Positions 63,740 to 64,000 of a DNA stretch of 64,000 nucleotides are shown here, in pieces. Under the pieces are notes generated by a model. It was not told the DNA's origin. It saw nothing but the letters and a program-made list of their open reading frames with translations, and did not search any database. The stretch comes from Vicinamibacteraceae bacterium. GTDB taxonomy: Bacteria; Planctomycetota; Phycisphaerae; Phycisphaerales; UBA5793. The translations under genes were made by a program, and so were the position numbers. How positions within the stretch are numbered: position 1 is the stretch's first letter; each line of letters starts with the position of its first letter. The stretch spans positions 112,407 to 176,406 of the forward strand of contig WYBR01000040.1 of the NCBI GenBank assembly GCA_011525805.1, written 5' to 3'.

Positions 63740-64000
63740 TCAGAGCAGCACGGCGTGCTCCACATCCTTGGGCCAGTCCGAAAGGACGCGATGGCCCTTG
63801 TCCGTCACCAGCACATCATCTTCGATCCGAACGCCGCCGACGCCAGGGAGGTAGATTCCCGGTTCGACGGTCACGATCATCCCCGCCTTGAGCGTGTCGC
63901 CCTCGGCGGCGCGCGGCGAGAGGCTCGGCGATTCGTGAACGTCCAGGCCGATGCCGTGGCCCAGCCCGTGCCCGTAGTTCTCGCCGTACCCCGCCGCCTC
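63740..64000 (-). CDS. Xaa-Pro aminopeptidase (M24 family), 3' end only, truncated by window edge
   Basis: My own translation of the minus strand gives ..[71 protein letters not shown], with the stop at 63740..63742. Absent from the ORF track because no start lies in the window. Confidence 0.85.
   Translation of the reverse strand, partial: EAAGYGENYGHGLGHGIGLDVHESPSLSPRAAEGDTLKAGMIVTVEPGIYLPGVGGVRIEDDVLVTDKGHRVLSDWPKDVEHAVLL

Overview
High-GC bacterial chromosome segment. By my hand counts, core 60-nt lines are about 68% G+C. The repeat families and secreted-protein style suggest Planctomycetota/Phycisphaerae, but that is inference only.

Bases 41-29780 are essentially one minus-strand flagellar super-cluster in Bacillus/spirochaete-like 'fla' order. 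Its gene order is: unnamed helical protein, sensor-less histidine kinase, sigma-54-dependent response regulator, [sigma-54-type promoter], flgB, flgC, fliE, fliF, fliG, fliH, fliI, fliJ, ylxF-like, fliK, flgD, flagellar-operon protein, flgE, flbD, motA, motB, fliL, fliN, fliO, fliP, fliQ, fliR, flhB, flhA, flhF, flhG, a small membrane protein, fliA, and a second divergent fliA paralog. No fliM and no che genes are present in the cluster.

The next block (29.9-34.5 kb) holds a large TPR protein, a bacterial RIO-type kinase, two unnamed small proteins and a receiver-only response regulator.

The most unusual region is 34.8-37.7 kb. It is a low-GC, opposite-strand, translationally coupled operon of five tandem divergent paralogs of an unnamed ~115-aa protein (the first is frameshifted), followed by a secreted ~350-aa protein. 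It has its own AT-rich promoter-like region.

The remaining genes are mostly housekeeping:
- aroB, guaA, ribH, nusB, ftsY, rsmA, uvrA, accB, accC, and the pepP 3' end.
- A Doc/RHH toxin-antitoxin pair.
- A lipoprotein-RsbW-STAS-MlaE operon.
- A UbiA prenyltransferase.
- A glycan module (GT4, O-antigen-ligase/TPR, WecA-like).
- A gamma-glutamyltransferase and a Kelch-repeat secreted protein.

Two sequence-level oddities recur. A bipartite ~35-75-nt element sits co-oriented just upstream of five genes. Hairpin-forming repeat cassettes are inserted in frame into uvrA and into the divergent glycosyltransferase gene.

No rRNA, tRNA, CRISPR array, transposase or integrase was recognised. Many long antisense ORFs in the supplied track are high-GC artefacts.
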